The notes: generated by a model from the sequence alone, not told the origin. A DNA stretch of 54,840 bases from Parcubacteria bacterium C7867-007 (GCA_001189195.1 LFCQ01000006.1:1-54840); one strand, 5' to 3'; shown: positions 1 through 8,881, numbered from the stretch's first letter. Program-made: numbers and translations.

Positions 1-270
1 GACATCCAGGTATCGATCTCTTAGAAGATTACGCCCATACATTCAGCTAAGAGAACCTGAGTGTATGAACGTCGCTAGGCGAACGTGCCGTTAGGCAGTC
101 GCGTAGGCGAACGCAAAGTCGTTCTTCGTGAAAAACGGAGAGACGAGGCTCTTTGCGCTTGCAACGGTTTTGTTTGCAAGTATTGGTTACCTCCGAGATT
201 TAGATGGTCTGCAGGCTTCCATCGCGTCGCACGTATCTCAAGGTTCAGACCGTCAAAGCCGGTCACCCCC
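1..270 (-). ncRNA. ssrA: tmRNA (ssrA), 5' portion; the 3' tRNA-like end lies beyond the window start
   Basis: The minus strand from 270 reads GGGGGTGACCGGCTTTGACGG, the canonical tmRNA 5' start (compare E. coli GGGGCTGATTCTGGATTCGACGG). It lies directly downstream of smpB on the same strand and contains an open tag frame ending in TAA. Confidence 0.8.
91..177 (-). other. Predicted tmRNA tag reading frame (ANKTVASAKSLVSPFFTKNDFAFAYATA-stop)
   Basis: A GCA codon 94 nt from the tmRNA 5' end (E. coli resumes at about nt 90) opens a frame that runs to TAA at 93..91. The hydrophobic tail ...FAFAYATA resembles known degradation tags. The resume codon is inferred, not proven. Confidence 0.4.
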
Positions 271-307
271 AGTCCGGACACTATCAGGAGATGGTGTCCG
301 GACTGGG
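268..307 (-). terminator. Perfect 14-bp hairpin between smpB stop and the tmRNA 5' end (terminator or processing stem)
   Basis: CCCAGTCCGGACAC (268-281) pairs with GTGTCCGGACTGGG (294-307). The 3' arm on the minus strand overlaps the first Gs of the tmRNA. Confidence 0.5.
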
Positions 308-316
308 AAAGGCCCG

Positions 317-763
317 CTAGCGCTTGTCTCGTATGACACGACCAATTTCTCGTTCGTCGTCACGGCGCTTGATGTCTTCACGTTTGTCCGCTTTATTCTT
401 TCCGCGGACAATCGCAATACGCATCTTTAAATATCTCCCACTATTATACACTTCAAAAGGCACTACTGTCAACCCTTTCTTTGATTCTGCCTCAAGGATT
501 TCTGCGATCTCTTTCTTGTTTAGAAGAAGACGGCGTAGGCGATCTGACTCATATCCTGCTGGGGTGTTCGCCACCTGATAGGGAGAGATGCTCATCCCCA
601 CAATGTATGCTTCGCCACCACGTACGAGCACACGAGCACCTTCAAGAGACCCTTGGCGAGCGCGGAGGGATTTAGTTTCGGCACCGGTGAGTTCAATACC
701 TGCTTGAAAAGACTTCAGGACTTCGAATCTCAAGCCAGCCTTTTTGTTTTCGATGAGATGCAT
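317..763 (-). CDS. smpB: SsrA-binding protein SmpB
   Basis: 148-aa ORF. The sequence NKKAGLRFEVLKSFQAGIELTGAETKSLR...GGEAYIVGMSISPY is typical SmpB. It is adjacent to tmRNA. Confidence 0.93.
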   Translation of the reverse strand: MHLIENKKAGLRFEVLKSFQAGIELTGAETKSLRARQGSLEGARVLVRGGEAYIVGMSISPYQVANTPAGYESDRLRRLLLNKKEIAEILEAESKKGLTVVPFEVYNSGRYLKMRIAIVRGKNKADKREDIKRRDDEREIGRVIRDKR

Positions 764-838
764 AAAGTGAAGGGGGTCTGAAGCGATTAACCTATAAAGG
801 TATCGCGCTCCAGCCTCCTATTGTATAGTGTGCTAGAT

Positions 839-2815
839 ATGGCACCTATCAGCAATACCACACCGCCGGAAGGCGAAAAGAAGCCCAAGAAGCAGTCTAT
901 TAAAAAGGTAATGGGCAAGAAGGATGAAAAGGGAAAGAAAGGCCCTGCGTCTTTCTTCTCGCCTGGCGGTTCAGGGTTCTTAATGAATCTGCTCACGACG
1001 ATCGTCATATTCTTGCTGCTCATCAGCGCATACTCTTTCATCACCGGCATGATGAAAGAGAAGCAGGAGATCTCACTCTCACAGGTTGCTGCGGATGTGC
1101 GTGCGGGCAGCGTGAAGGAGATTGAGGTTCAAGGAAACGATCTTGATCTCACATACACAGACGACACACACAAGAAGGCAATGAAAGAGCCGGGCACAGG
1201 CCTCTCTGAAACACTGACCACACTTGGCGCAACTCCCGAACAACTCTCAACAGTTTCTATAAAGATTGCAAATGAGTCGGGAGTTAAGTTCTGGGCAGTC
1301 ACGCTACTTCCCATCTTGCTTCCACTGATTCTCCTTGGTGTGCTGTTTATCTTCCTTGCGCGCCAAGTGAAGGGTGCAGGTATGCAGGCCTTCACCTTTG
1401 GACAATCGAAGGCAAAGATGACAGATCCGTCTGATGCCGCTACACGCGTAACATTTGCTGACGTTGCAGGTGCAAAGGAAGCAAAGGAAGAACTTCTTGA
1501 GATCGTTGACTTCTTGAAGAATCCTAAGAAGTTCTTGGACATTGGTGCACGTATTCCTAAGGGCATTATGCTCATGGGTGCTCCGGGTACCGGAAAGACC
1601 TTGCTTGCCCGTGCAGTGGCTGGTGAAGCAGGTGTCCCATTCTTCTCCATCTCAGGTTCTGAGTTCGTAGAAATGTTTGTGGGTGTGGGTGCATCACGCG
1701 TACGTGATCTCTTCCAGATGGCAAAGCGTGCAGCTCCTGCAATTATCTTCGTTGATGAGATTGATGCTGTGGGTCGTGTACGTGGTTCAGGCGTGGGTGG
1801 TGGTAACGATGAGCGTGAACAAACCCTCAACCAGATCCTTGTGGAGATGGATGGCTTTGAGCCAACAGAGAAAGTTATTGTTATGGCCGCAACCAACCGT
1901 CCTGACGTTCTTGATCCTGCGCTCATGCGTCCAGGACGTTTTGATCGTCGCGTAACGATTGATCTCCCAGACCGTAAGGATCGTCTTGAGATTCTCACCG
2001 TACATTCGCGTAAGAAGCCATTTGGTCCTGATGTGAATCTTGAGGTGGTTGCAGAGCGTACCCCAGGATTCTCTGGCGCAGAGCTGTACTCACTTATGAA
2101 CGAAGGTGCAATTCTTGCTGCACGTGAAAACCGTACAGAGATAGCACAGTACGATCTCATTCGTTCCATTGAGAAGGTGATGCTTGGTCCAGAGCGTCGC
2201 AGCCATCTCATGAATAAAGAAGAGAAGCGTCTCACTGCATATCATGAAGCAGGTCATGCACTTGTTGGTTCGGTACTTCAGTACGCAGACCCGGTGCACA
2301 AGATCTCAATCATTAGTCGTGGACGTGCAGGTGGATACACTCTCAAGCTTCCGTTCGAGGATCACAAGATGCAGTCTCGCAAGGAATTCCTTGATGACAT
2401 TGCAGGTACCCTTGGAGGGTTCGTTGCTGAAGAGATGATCTATGGGGACATCACCACCGGCCCATCGAATGACCTCGCGGTTGTTACGGCACTCGCACGA
2501 GACATGGTGTCTCGCTACGGCATGAGCGAAGTAGTGGGTCCTGTTGCATTTGCAACCGATCACAGCTATCGCAACGAAACATACTCACAAGAGATAGCCG
2601 CTAAGATTGATGCAGAGGTCACACGGATTATTGAAGAAGGGAAGGAGCGTGCACGGCAGGTTCTTATGGATCATCGAGGTGCCCTTGATGCAATTGCAAT
2701 GAAACTTGTAGAGGTTGAAACACTTGAACGCGAGGAGTTTGAGAAGGTTCTCATGGCTAACGGTATTACGCCAAAGAAAAAGAAAGAGGAAGAACCGGTG
2801 ACTGCAGCGGTATAA
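839..2815 (+). CDS. ftsH: ATP-dependent zinc metalloprotease FtsH
   Basis: Walker A GAPGTGKT, Walker B IIFVDEID, the SRH region, the HEAGH zinc motif and two N-terminal TM segments. The ORF opens at TTG 821; ATG 839 is preferred because TATAGT sits at 824-829. Confidence 0.95.
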   Translation: MAPISNTTPPEGEKKPKKQSIKKVMGKKDEKGKKGPASFFSPGGSGFLMNLLTTIVIFLLLISAYSFITGMMKEKQEISLSQVAADVRAGSVKEIEVQGNDLDLTYTDDTHKKAMKEPGTGLSETLTTLGATPEQLSTVSIKIANESGVKFWAVTLLPILLPLILLGVLFIFLARQVKGAGMQAFTFGQSKAKMTDPSDAATRVTFADVAGAKEAKEELLEIVDFLKNPKKFLDIGARIPKGIMLMGAPGTGKTLLARAVAGEAGVPFFSISGSEFVEMFVGVGASRVRDLFQMAKRAAPAIIFVDEIDAVGRVRGSGVGGGNDEREQTLNQILVEMDGFEPTEKVIVMAATNRPDVLDPALMRPGRFDRRVTIDLPDRKDRLEILTVHSRKKPFGPDVNLEVVAERTPGFSGAELYSLMNEGAILAARENRTEIAQYDLIRSIEKVMLGPERRSHLMNKEEKRLTAYHEAGHALVGSVLQYADPVHKISIISRGRAGGYTLKLPFEDHKMQSRKEFLDDIAGTLGGFVAEEMIYGDITTGPSNDLAVVTALARDMVSRYGMSEVVGPVAFATDHSYRNETYSQEIAAKIDAEVTRIIEEGKERARQVLMDHRGALDAIAMKLVEVETLEREEFEKVLMANGITPKKKKEEEPVTAAV

Positions 2816-2820
2816 AGCTC

Positions 2821-2846
2821 AAACGGCGGTCCTAGGACCGCCGTTT
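2821..2846. terminator. Bidirectional intrinsic terminator (perfect palindrome)
   Basis: AAACGGCGGTCCTAGGACCGCCGTTT lies between the convergent ftsH and the small minus-strand ORF. Confidence 0.75.
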
Positions 2847-2858
2847 CGCGCTCTTGTC

Positions 2859-3083
2859 TCAAGCAAGAGGGGAATTGTTGCTGAACTGGACTGCTCCGTT
2901 CTTCGTCACTTTCGACCTAAAGCCAGTTCCTTTGAACAGGCTATAACCACTCTTGCGAAGATGTGCCACTTTTCGAGGACCATCTTTCAGAATGTCCCTT
3001 GCGGCAGCCATGGTTAGAACACCGAAGAATGCGGTGACCAGTGCCCCGGCGAGGTACAGGATCTCTTTAACTAGTTCACTCAT
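2859..3083 (-). CDS. Small hypothetical membrane protein (74 aa)
   Basis: Internal ATG at 3083 preceded by AAGGAG 6 nt upstream. One hydrophobic helix (ILYLAGALVTAFFGVLTMAAA). No recognisable family. Confidence 0.45.
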   Translation of the reverse strand: MSELVKEILYLAGALVTAFFGVLTMAAARDILKDGPRKVAHLRKSGYSLFKGTGFRSKVTKNGAVQFSNNSPLA

Positions 3084-3192
3084 GTGCTGCTCCTTAATCA
3101 GTCTAGGTGAAAGTATAGTCCTGAAATATGTCTTGTCTACTATCAAAAATACAGCTGCACGAGAGCTGGAAAGAGTGTAGAGTATCAGGGAC

Positions 3193-3266
3193 GCATGCGT
3201 AGCTCAGTTGGTTAGAGCTCGGAGCTTATACCTCCGCGGTCCCTGGTTCGAGTCCAGGCGCATGCA
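3193..3266 (+). tRNA. tRNA-Ile, anticodon UAU
   Basis: Cloverleaf by hand: acceptor GCATGCG/CGCATGC, D arm GCTC-AGTTGGTTA-GAGC, anticodon stem CGGAG/CTCCG with loop CTTATAC, T arm CCTGG-TTCGAGT-CCAGG, discriminator A. No encoded CCA. Confidence 0.85.
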
Positions 3267-3274
3267 CTGATTAA

Positions 3275-3297
3275 GGGTTCGAATCCTAGTCTCCCAG
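3275..3297 (+). other. tRNA 3'-end remnant (T-loop, T-stem 3' half, acceptor 3' half)
   Basis: GGGTTCGAATCCTAGTCTCCCAG parses as T-loop TTCGAAT, then CCTAG, a 7-nt acceptor strand and a discriminator. No matching 5' half lies upstream. Confidence 0.5.
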
Positions 3298-3322
3298 CTC
3301 GCTAATTTGCTATCATCATGGA

Positions 3323-4060
3323 ATGAAATTGATTTCCTTAAATACTTGGGGAGGTAGGGTAACGCAAGACCTCATGGCCTTTATTGAAAGTCATAAAGAG
3401 GTTGATATTTTTTGCTTACAGGAAATTTATCACAACAGGCCAAATGATTTACCAGTTGAAGAGAAGATGTCTCAGTGTGCATTCAACCTGAATAGAGACA
3501 TAGCGGAAAGGTTACCGCATCATATAAATTACTTTAAACCACATATAAAGGACTGGTGGTATGGGCTTGCGGCCTTTATTAAAGAAGATATAGAAATTGT
3601 TAGAGAGGGTGATATTCCGATATACGATGTTCCAGAATATAACGGCGGAGGAAATCATGCCCGCAATCTTCAATATATTGAATTCAAAAAAGAAGGGAAA
3701 AATATAACAGTCATGAATGTACACGGTCTTTGGAACGGTAAAGGCAAGGGGGATTCAGAAGAAAGGCTGAAGCAATCAGACGCCATACTTGATTTCGTTA
3801 AAGGACTGAAGACACCGTATGTGCTTTGTGGCGACTTCAACCTGCGACCCGACACCCAGAGTCTTAAGAAATTTAAAGAGTTCGGCATGCGAGATCTTAT
3901 CGAGGAATACAATATTACCTCAACGAGAACTAGCCTATACGGAAAGGAGGAAGGGTATGCGGATTACGCTTTCATTAGTGAGGGAATTGAAGTAAGAGAT
4001 TTCAAGGTACTTCCTGATGAGGTTTCAGATCACGCGGCGCTATATCTAGATTTTGACTAA
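3323..4060 (+). CDS. Endonuclease/exonuclease/phosphatase (EEP) family protein
   Basis: 245 aa. Motifs: LNTWGG, FCLQE, GDFN, SDH near the C-terminus. Visibly more AT-rich than its neighbours. TATCAT lies 6 nt before the ATG. Confidence 0.8.
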   Translation: MKLISLNTWGGRVTQDLMAFIESHKEVDIFCLQEIYHNRPNDLPVEEKMSQCAFNLNRDIAERLPHHINYFKPHIKDWWYGLAAFIKEDIEIVREGDIPIYDVPEYNGGGNHARNLQYIEFKKEGKNITVMNVHGLWNGKGKGDSEERLKQSDAILDFVKGLKTPYVLCGDFNLRPDTQSLKKFKEFGMRDLIEEYNITSTRTSLYGKEEGYADYAFISEGIEVRDFKVLPDEVSDHAALYLDFD

Positions 4061-4064
4061 TAAA

Positions 4065-4083
4065 GTTCCCACGTCGTACCAAA
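4065..4083 (+). repeat. Direct repeat copy 1 (GTTCCCACGTCGTACCAAA)
   Basis: 19/19 identical to 4471-4489. Begins 5 nt after the EEP stop codon. Confidence 0.9.
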
Positions 4084-4109
4084 ACCCCAGCTCGACAAAT
4101 TTACACACA

Positions 4110-4360
4110 GTGCTACCGTATACGCAGATCGGAAATGCTGTCGCTCATATCACTGGCATGGTGCCCCACACGGGTACGGGCAGCAGAAAGGGATAAACCC
4201 TAACCAACAGCTAAGGTCCATAAATAATGGCTAAGTATTGCTTCTTCAAGCACTCCACGCGAGCGTTCTGGAAAGGCATGAGAACTAAGGAGTAAAGCCA
4301 TTTACCGAAGCTTTGGAGACACAATCTCTCGCCAGCGTTCTGTGAGACTCGTGGACGCGG
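4110..4360 (+). ncRNA. Orphan 23S rRNA (domain II)-like fragment
   Basis: No ORF. Plus-strand blocks resemble remembered E. coli 23S: AGGGATAAACCCTAACCAACAGCTAAGGTCCATAAATAATGGCTAAGT vs GGGAAACAGCCCAGACCGCCAGCUAAGGUCCCAAAGUCAUGGUUAAGU; TAAAGCCATTTACCGAAGCTTTGG vs CUAAACCAUGCACCGAAGCUGCGG; AGCGTTCTGTGAGAC vs AGCGUUCUGUAAGCC. Confidence 0.55.
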
Positions 4361-4429
4361 GTCCTCGAATCACCTCATAGACAAACGGAGAGATTTTAGT
4401 GAGCATCGCTCATGGTCTGGTACGATCCA

Positions 4430-4460
4430 GCCCGCCGCAAACTATCGCGGCGGGCTTTCT
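4430..4460 (+). terminator. Rho-independent terminator closing the 23S-like segment
   Basis: GCCCGCCGC-aaactatc-GCGGCGGGC followed by TTTCT. Confidence 0.75.
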
Positions 4461-4470
4461 ATATAGAAAG

Positions 4471-4489
4471 GTTCCCACGTCGTACCAAA
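4471..4489 (+). repeat. Direct repeat copy 2 (GTTCCCACGTCGTACCAAA)
   Basis: 19/19 identical to 4065-4083. Both copies are also preceded by AAAG, with a 1-nt indel. Confidence 0.9.
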
Positions 4490-4502
4490 CCTCCACTTTC
4501 AG

Positions 4503-5333
4503 CTACTTAGGCAATATATCGATCAATAGATCCGAGTTATAGAAGTCTTCAGCAAGACCACCGAAGGAAAAGGTTTTATCTCCTGCAGTGATAGCAGCAC
4601 CGCCAACCTTAGGATCTGGGTTTGGATTTGAGTGTGAGAAGCCAATGTTGTAGAGAGTGGAAAGTACCCCGATGTTCCCAGTGATAGGAAAACCTGCAGT
4701 CTTCCATTGAGCTTCAATCTGTTTTATATACAGACCTGCATAGAGATAGCTCCAGTAGTGATTGTGTTGGTCTGTCATGCGGGTGAAGCGCTCCTTCTCA
4801 ATATCAGTAGTCTGGAAATCTAGAAGATGCTCATACTGTGCTCCAGGATAGAAGGGAGAGGAAGGATCCTTAAGATGCTGCTCAACTTTAATAGCAGTAT
4901 CCTCTTTCATGCCCATAACACCCCATGAGAATTGTGTTTGTGAACCAAGAATCTTAAGAGGGTAGAAGAACTGCTTGTAGTATTCGCGCTCGGTAAAGAA
5001 GAGACGAAGCTGCTCTGCAACCAGGTTTGCAGTAATAAGTCGTGCAGAAACACCAGAATCTGTAGCAGCTTTGTTTAGTACGGCTTGGTCACGGGTGATT
5101 GCTGCTGAGAGTACCTGCCACTCTTCAGACTCTTTCCAAGGTACCTTTGGTCCAGCTTCCTTGGTTGGGACTACCTGTGCACCTAGGAATGCATCGCGTT
5201 GAATATCAATGATTCCAGTTTCATTAGTGAACCCAAGTTTCACTGCGAAATAGCCGACCATGAGGAATAGACCGATCGCAGCAAAGACATAGAGGAACAC
5301 ATTGAAGCCCACTTTAAAGAACTTTTTAGCCAT
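4503..5333 (-). CDS. Hypothetical membrane-anchored or secreted protein
   Basis: Start moved to the internal ATG (MAKKFFKVGFNVFLYVFAAIGLFLMVGYFAV, N-terminal TM anchor) to avoid overlap with the recG 3' end. No family recognised. Confidence 0.6.
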   Translation of the reverse strand: MAKKFFKVGFNVFLYVFAAIGLFLMVGYFAVKLGFTNETGIIDIQRDAFLGAQVVPTKEAGPKVPWKESEEWQVLSAAITRDQAVLNKAATDSGVSARLITANLVAEQLRLFFTEREYYKQFFYPLKILGSQTQFSWGVMGMKEDTAIKVEQHLKDPSSPFYPGAQYEHLLDFQTTDIEKERFTRMTDQHNHYWSYLYAGLYIKQIEAQWKTAGFPITGNIGVLSTLYNIGFSHSNPNPDPKVGGAAITAGDKTFSFGGLAEDFYNSDLLIDILPK

Positions 5334-5376
5334 AATTACCCGTACTGTATCGTGCGGGGGAGGGGATGTAAACAAA

Positions 5377-7551
5377 CTACTCCATATGGAGCCGTTCGTC
5401 TGAACGTATAACAATAGCCTTGAGAAGTGGGTACTTAGATAGTTCAGGATCCTCCTTAATTAGCCTTCCTGCTTCAGTACGAGCTGCCTCGACTAACCGC
5501 ATATTCTTGATAGCCTCCATGGCGATGTCAGAGATACCCCACTGGCGTCCTCCCACCAGTTCGCCTGCACCACGAAGCGCAAGATCATACTCAGCAAGCT
5601 CAAAACCATCTTTGGCAGTGGTGAGTGCTTTTAGACGATCTTTGGTTGCTGGCCCATATGATTCAGGAAGTGCGAAGCAGTATGCTTGATGATTTGAACG
5701 GATCACACGACCACGTAATTGATGGAGTTGAGCCAACCCAAATCGTTCTGATCCTTCGATAAGGATCACTGTTGCGTTCGGTACGTTCACTCCAACTTCC
5801 ACCACGGAGGTAGCAACAAGAATATCAACCTCTCCGCTACTAAATCGTTTCATAACATCCTCTTTTGCTGCAGGAGTCATCTTGCTGTGAAGGATGTCGA
5901 TAGTAGCGTCCTGAAAGACATGCTCCTTTAAACGTTCTGCTTCCGCTTTTACACTCTTTGCTTGCACCGCTAATTCCTTCGTTGGATCTGGTTCATTGAT
6001 ACGTGGGCAAATGACGTATGCTTGTCTTCCTTTTGCCATCTCCTCACGTACTCGTTTGTATGCCTCTTCACGCTTTTCTGGCCCAAGTATTTCAGTAATG
6101 ATTGGTTTGCGTCCCACCGGCATTTCATCAAGCAGAGAGACATCAAGATCTCCGTAAACAGTGAGTGCAAGGGTGCGGGGAATAGGCGTCGCCGTCATGG
6201 AAAGGAGGTGGGGAGAGGTATCACCCTTTCTTGTTAGTTTCTGACGGTGCATCTTTCCGAAACGATGCTGTTCATCGATGATTGCGTACGCGAGGTTCTG
6301 AAACTCTAAAGACTTATATATGAGCGCATGGGTACCGATAACAATAGGGATCTCTCCATTTGCTACCCATTTAGCAAACTGTGCGCGTGATACCTTTGCT
6401 GATTCTTCTCCACGAATCTTTGAAGGAAACTTCCTGCATTCACTACCCGTCATAAGACCAATCGGGATCGGATGATCTTTGAAATAGGAAACAAAAGTAG
6501 AGAAGTGCTGCTTAGCCAGGATTTCTGTGGGACACATGTATGCAACTTGAAGTGTCCCAGAGTTCCTTCCGGGTGGTTGTGAGGTTGCAACCATGTATGC
6601 GGTTGCTGCTGCAACTGCGGTCTTTCCGCTACCCACATCACCTTCCAGCAATCGACGCATGGGATGGGTCTGCTCAAAGTTCTGAATGATGCTTTCTATC
6701 GAACGCTGCTGTGCACCCGTTGGAGGGAAGGGGAATGAATCAATAAATGCACTCAGTGATTTTCGGTCCACATGTACCTGTAAGGCTTTCTCTTCAAGTG
6801 TTTGTGCACGCTCACGCTGCATAGCAAGTTGAATAGCAAACACTTCTTCAAAGGCAAATCGTTTGCGAGCGGCTTCCGAATCATTCTTCTTTAGTGGTGC
6901 ATGAACCCATACCAGTGCGGTTGCAAGAGTCGGCAGATTATATCTCTCAAGAATATCTGCAGGAATCGGATCTTCTATTGCCTCGTGTACGTGTGCCTCA
7001 AATAGTTTCTTCTGTGCATGCAGGAGCCACAAGCTAGAGATACCGCGACTCTCAGGATAGATCGCATAGAGTGCATCCTCAATAATTGCTGGCGTACCTT
7101 CTGTTTTCTTGAACAGAGTATCGTGAACATCTTCTGGTGCAGCAGGTGTTTTATCAATCTCAGGATTCGCTAGGTACATCTTCTTATCCGTACCCGCAAT
7201 GCGTCCTGTTGCTTTCACCACCATGCCGTCAGCGACCATCTTTGCCATGTATGGTTGGGAGAACCACATAAGCTTGATGCGACCACTCGCATCTTCAAGC
7301 CATGCCTCTGCCATGGGCCGCTTGCTCTTCCATGCTTTCTTTGTCTCTGGTTTCCGTATTGTTCCGTATAACGTCACCTCAGTTCCAGGGGTAACGGCGG
7401 CAACAGTACCTGTTGGACCAGCTGCCTCATAGCGTGCAGGGAAGTGATAGAGAAGATCACGAAGCGTGACGATACCAAGGCGCGTTAGGGCGGACTTCTG
7501 GTCTGCCCGTAGGCGGGTGAAGTGTTTGGTGACGAGATCGCTCGGGTGCAT
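5377..7551 (-). CDS. recG: ATP-dependent DNA helicase RecG
   Basis: GDVGSGKT, DEQHRFG, helicase motifs and an N-terminal wedge/OB region. Two adjacent ATGs (7554 and 7551); the second sits 6 nt after a TATAAT box. Confidence 0.93.
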   Translation of the reverse strand: MHPSDLVTKHFTRLRADQKSALTRLGIVTLRDLLYHFPARYEAAGPTGTVAAVTPGTEVTLYGTIRKPETKKAWKSKRPMAEAWLEDASGRIKLMWFSQPYMAKMVADGMVVKATGRIAGTDKKMYLANPEIDKTPAAPEDVHDTLFKKTEGTPAIIEDALYAIYPESRGISSLWLLHAQKKLFEAHVHEAIEDPIPADILERYNLPTLATALVWVHAPLKKNDSEAARKRFAFEEVFAIQLAMQRERAQTLEEKALQVHVDRKSLSAFIDSFPFPPTGAQQRSIESIIQNFEQTHPMRRLLEGDVGSGKTAVAAATAYMVATSQPPGRNSGTLQVAYMCPTEILAKQHFSTFVSYFKDHPIPIGLMTGSECRKFPSKIRGEESAKVSRAQFAKWVANGEIPIVIGTHALIYKSLEFQNLAYAIIDEQHRFGKMHRQKLTRKGDTSPHLLSMTATPIPRTLALTVYGDLDVSLLDEMPVGRKPIITEILGPEKREEAYKRVREEMAKGRQAYVICPRINEPDPTKELAVQAKSVKAEAERLKEHVFQDATIDILHSKMTPAAKEDVMKRFSSGEVDILVATSVVEVGVNVPNATVILIEGSERFGLAQLHQLRGRVIRSNHQAYCFALPESYGPATKDRLKALTTAKDGFELAEYDLALRGAGELVGGRQWGISDIAMEAIKNMRLVEAARTEAGRLIKEDPELSKYPLLKAIVIRSDERLHME

Positions 7552-7639
7552 CATCTAATTATATAGAGAAAAACCCAAGCTTGTTAGCGTACAGGATATA
7601 CTCATTAATAATTTACCTAGTTCGCTATACTATCAATAT

Positions 7640-8851
7640 ATGAAGCGAATAATTTTCTCTCTCACGCTCTTGTCGGTATTGTTTGCCGTTACTATCCCTG
7701 CATTAGCAAAAACCCCAACGGGTTTTGAATCGACCGTATCAACCGCAGATCTTCGTGAGGCATATACCACTGCTTCCATAGGAGAGAAAGTACATATTCT
7801 TGTGGTACCAGGTCATGAACCTATGTATGGCGGGGCTGTGTATCAAGGTATCTACGAGCGTGAACTAACGGTTGAGATTGCTGATTCACTTGCAAAACTA
7901 CTTGAACAGAACCCTCGTTATGAGGTGACCGTCGCACGCACCAATGATTCATGGAATGGCTCTCTAGAGAGATACTTCGATAGAAATATGAAATCCATAA
8001 AGAAGTTTGTGGATACCCAGAAGAAATTAATGAAGAAACTCGTACGAAAAGGTGACGTTGAGCAACGGGGTGATGAAGAACAAGTAGATCATGCTGCTGC
8101 GCCAACGGATGTTGCGCTCCGCCTCTATGGCATTAACAAATGGGCAAATGAGAATGGAGTAGACCTAGTGCTAAGCCTTCATATAAATGATGCACCTGAC
8201 CATGGAGAGAATACTCCTAGTGCATATGCAGGATTTGCTGCATATGTTCCTGACCCACAGTATGGCAATGCAGCACCATCACGGGCACTTGCTGAATCTA
8301 TCGCAGCACGTCTCAGCACCATGAACGCAACCTCAACGCTTCCAGGAGAATCAGTTGGAGTGGTTGAAGATCAAGAACTCATCGCCATTGGTGCGTATGG
8401 CACATTGCATGTACCAAGCGTGTTGCTTGAATATGGATATATCACTGAACCAAAGTTCTTGCATACAGAAGTGCGTAAAACGGTAACGGATGATTATGCG
8501 TATCAAACGTATCTTGGTGTACAAGACTTCTTTAAAGACCCGGTCACGGTGAAGTACTCAACGCGTGCGTTGCCAAGGTACTTCACTGAAACTCCGGGAG
8601 TGGGTAGCTCAAGTCCTGCAGTGTATTCACTTCAAGCTGGCCTTCACACCCTTGGCTTTTATCCCGCAGCAACTTCCACCTTTGCTATTGCCACTCACAC
8701 TCCTTCACTCGCACGCTGTACTATCTCAGGACTTATGGATGGCTGCACCATTGATGCAATTAAGGTATTTCAAAAGAAGCACATGTTAGAGCAGACAGGG
8801 GCACTGGGACCAAAGACTCGTGCACTTCTTAACTCATTGATTGGTATATAA
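7640..8851 (+). CDS. N-acetylmuramoyl-L-alanine amidase (Amidase_3) with C-terminal peptidoglycan-binding domain
   Basis: Signal peptide, HILVVPGHEP and LSLHIN amidase_3 motifs, and a C-terminal PG_binding_1-like repeat (VYSLQAGLHTLGFYP...IDAIKVFQKKHMLEQTGALGPKT). Confidence 0.85.
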   Translation: MKRIIFSLTLLSVLFAVTIPALAKTPTGFESTVSTADLREAYTTASIGEKVHILVVPGHEPMYGGAVYQGIYERELTVEIADSLAKLLEQNPRYEVTVARTNDSWNGSLERYFDRNMKSIKKFVDTQKKLMKKLVRKGDVEQRGDEEQVDHAAAPTDVALRLYGINKWANENGVDLVLSLHINDAPDHGENTPSAYAGFAAYVPDPQYGNAAPSRALAESIAARLSTMNATSTLPGESVGVVEDQELIAIGAYGTLHVPSVLLEYGYITEPKFLHTEVRKTVTDDYAYQTYLGVQDFFKDPVTVKYSTRALPRYFTETPGVGSSSPAVYSLQAGLHTLGFYPAATSTFAIATHTPSLARCTISGLMDGCTIDAIKVFQKKHMLEQTGALGPKTRALLNSLIGI

Positions 8852-8857
8852 ATTCAA

Positions 8858-8881
8858 AGCCCCCAACCGAAGTCGGGGGCT
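8858..8881. terminator. Hairpin shared by the convergent amidase and RTX-like genes
   Basis: AGCCCCC-aaccgaagtc-GGGGGCT. A second small hairpin, GACGCA-gga-TGCGTC, lies at 8885-8899. Confidence 0.6.

Noticed and set aside
1129-2235. 368-aa minus-strand ORF inside ftsH.
   Set aside because: It is antisense to a confidently identified gene. Its composition is R/S/P-rich and low-complexity, typical of a shadow ORF.
4065-4083. Possible relationship between the 19-bp direct repeat (GTTCCCACGTCGTACCAAA) and the pilin-3 upstream sequence GTTCCCAGACGTAACGTACA (21801-21820).
   Set aside because: The match needs two 2-nt indels and is short. It could be chance, so it is recorded but not used as evidence for a shared regulator.
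4084-4470. Considered RNase P RNA, SRP RNA, 6S RNA, a second tmRNA or a riboswitch for the non-coding segment.
   Set aside because: None of the signature sequences I know for those RNAs is present (for example the RNase P GGAAAGTCCGG-type core or the SRP GGAA/AGCA domain IV). The best resemblance by far is to 23S rRNA domain II.
3193-4500. Reading the whole stretch (tRNA-Ile, tRNA stub, 23S-like piece) as a decayed rRNA operon.
   Set aside because: This is attractive but unproven. No 16S-like sequence lies upstream, the tRNA-Ile has UAU rather than the spacer-typical GAU anticodon, and an intact EEP gene sits in the middle. It is kept only as one hypothesis within the 23S-like finding.
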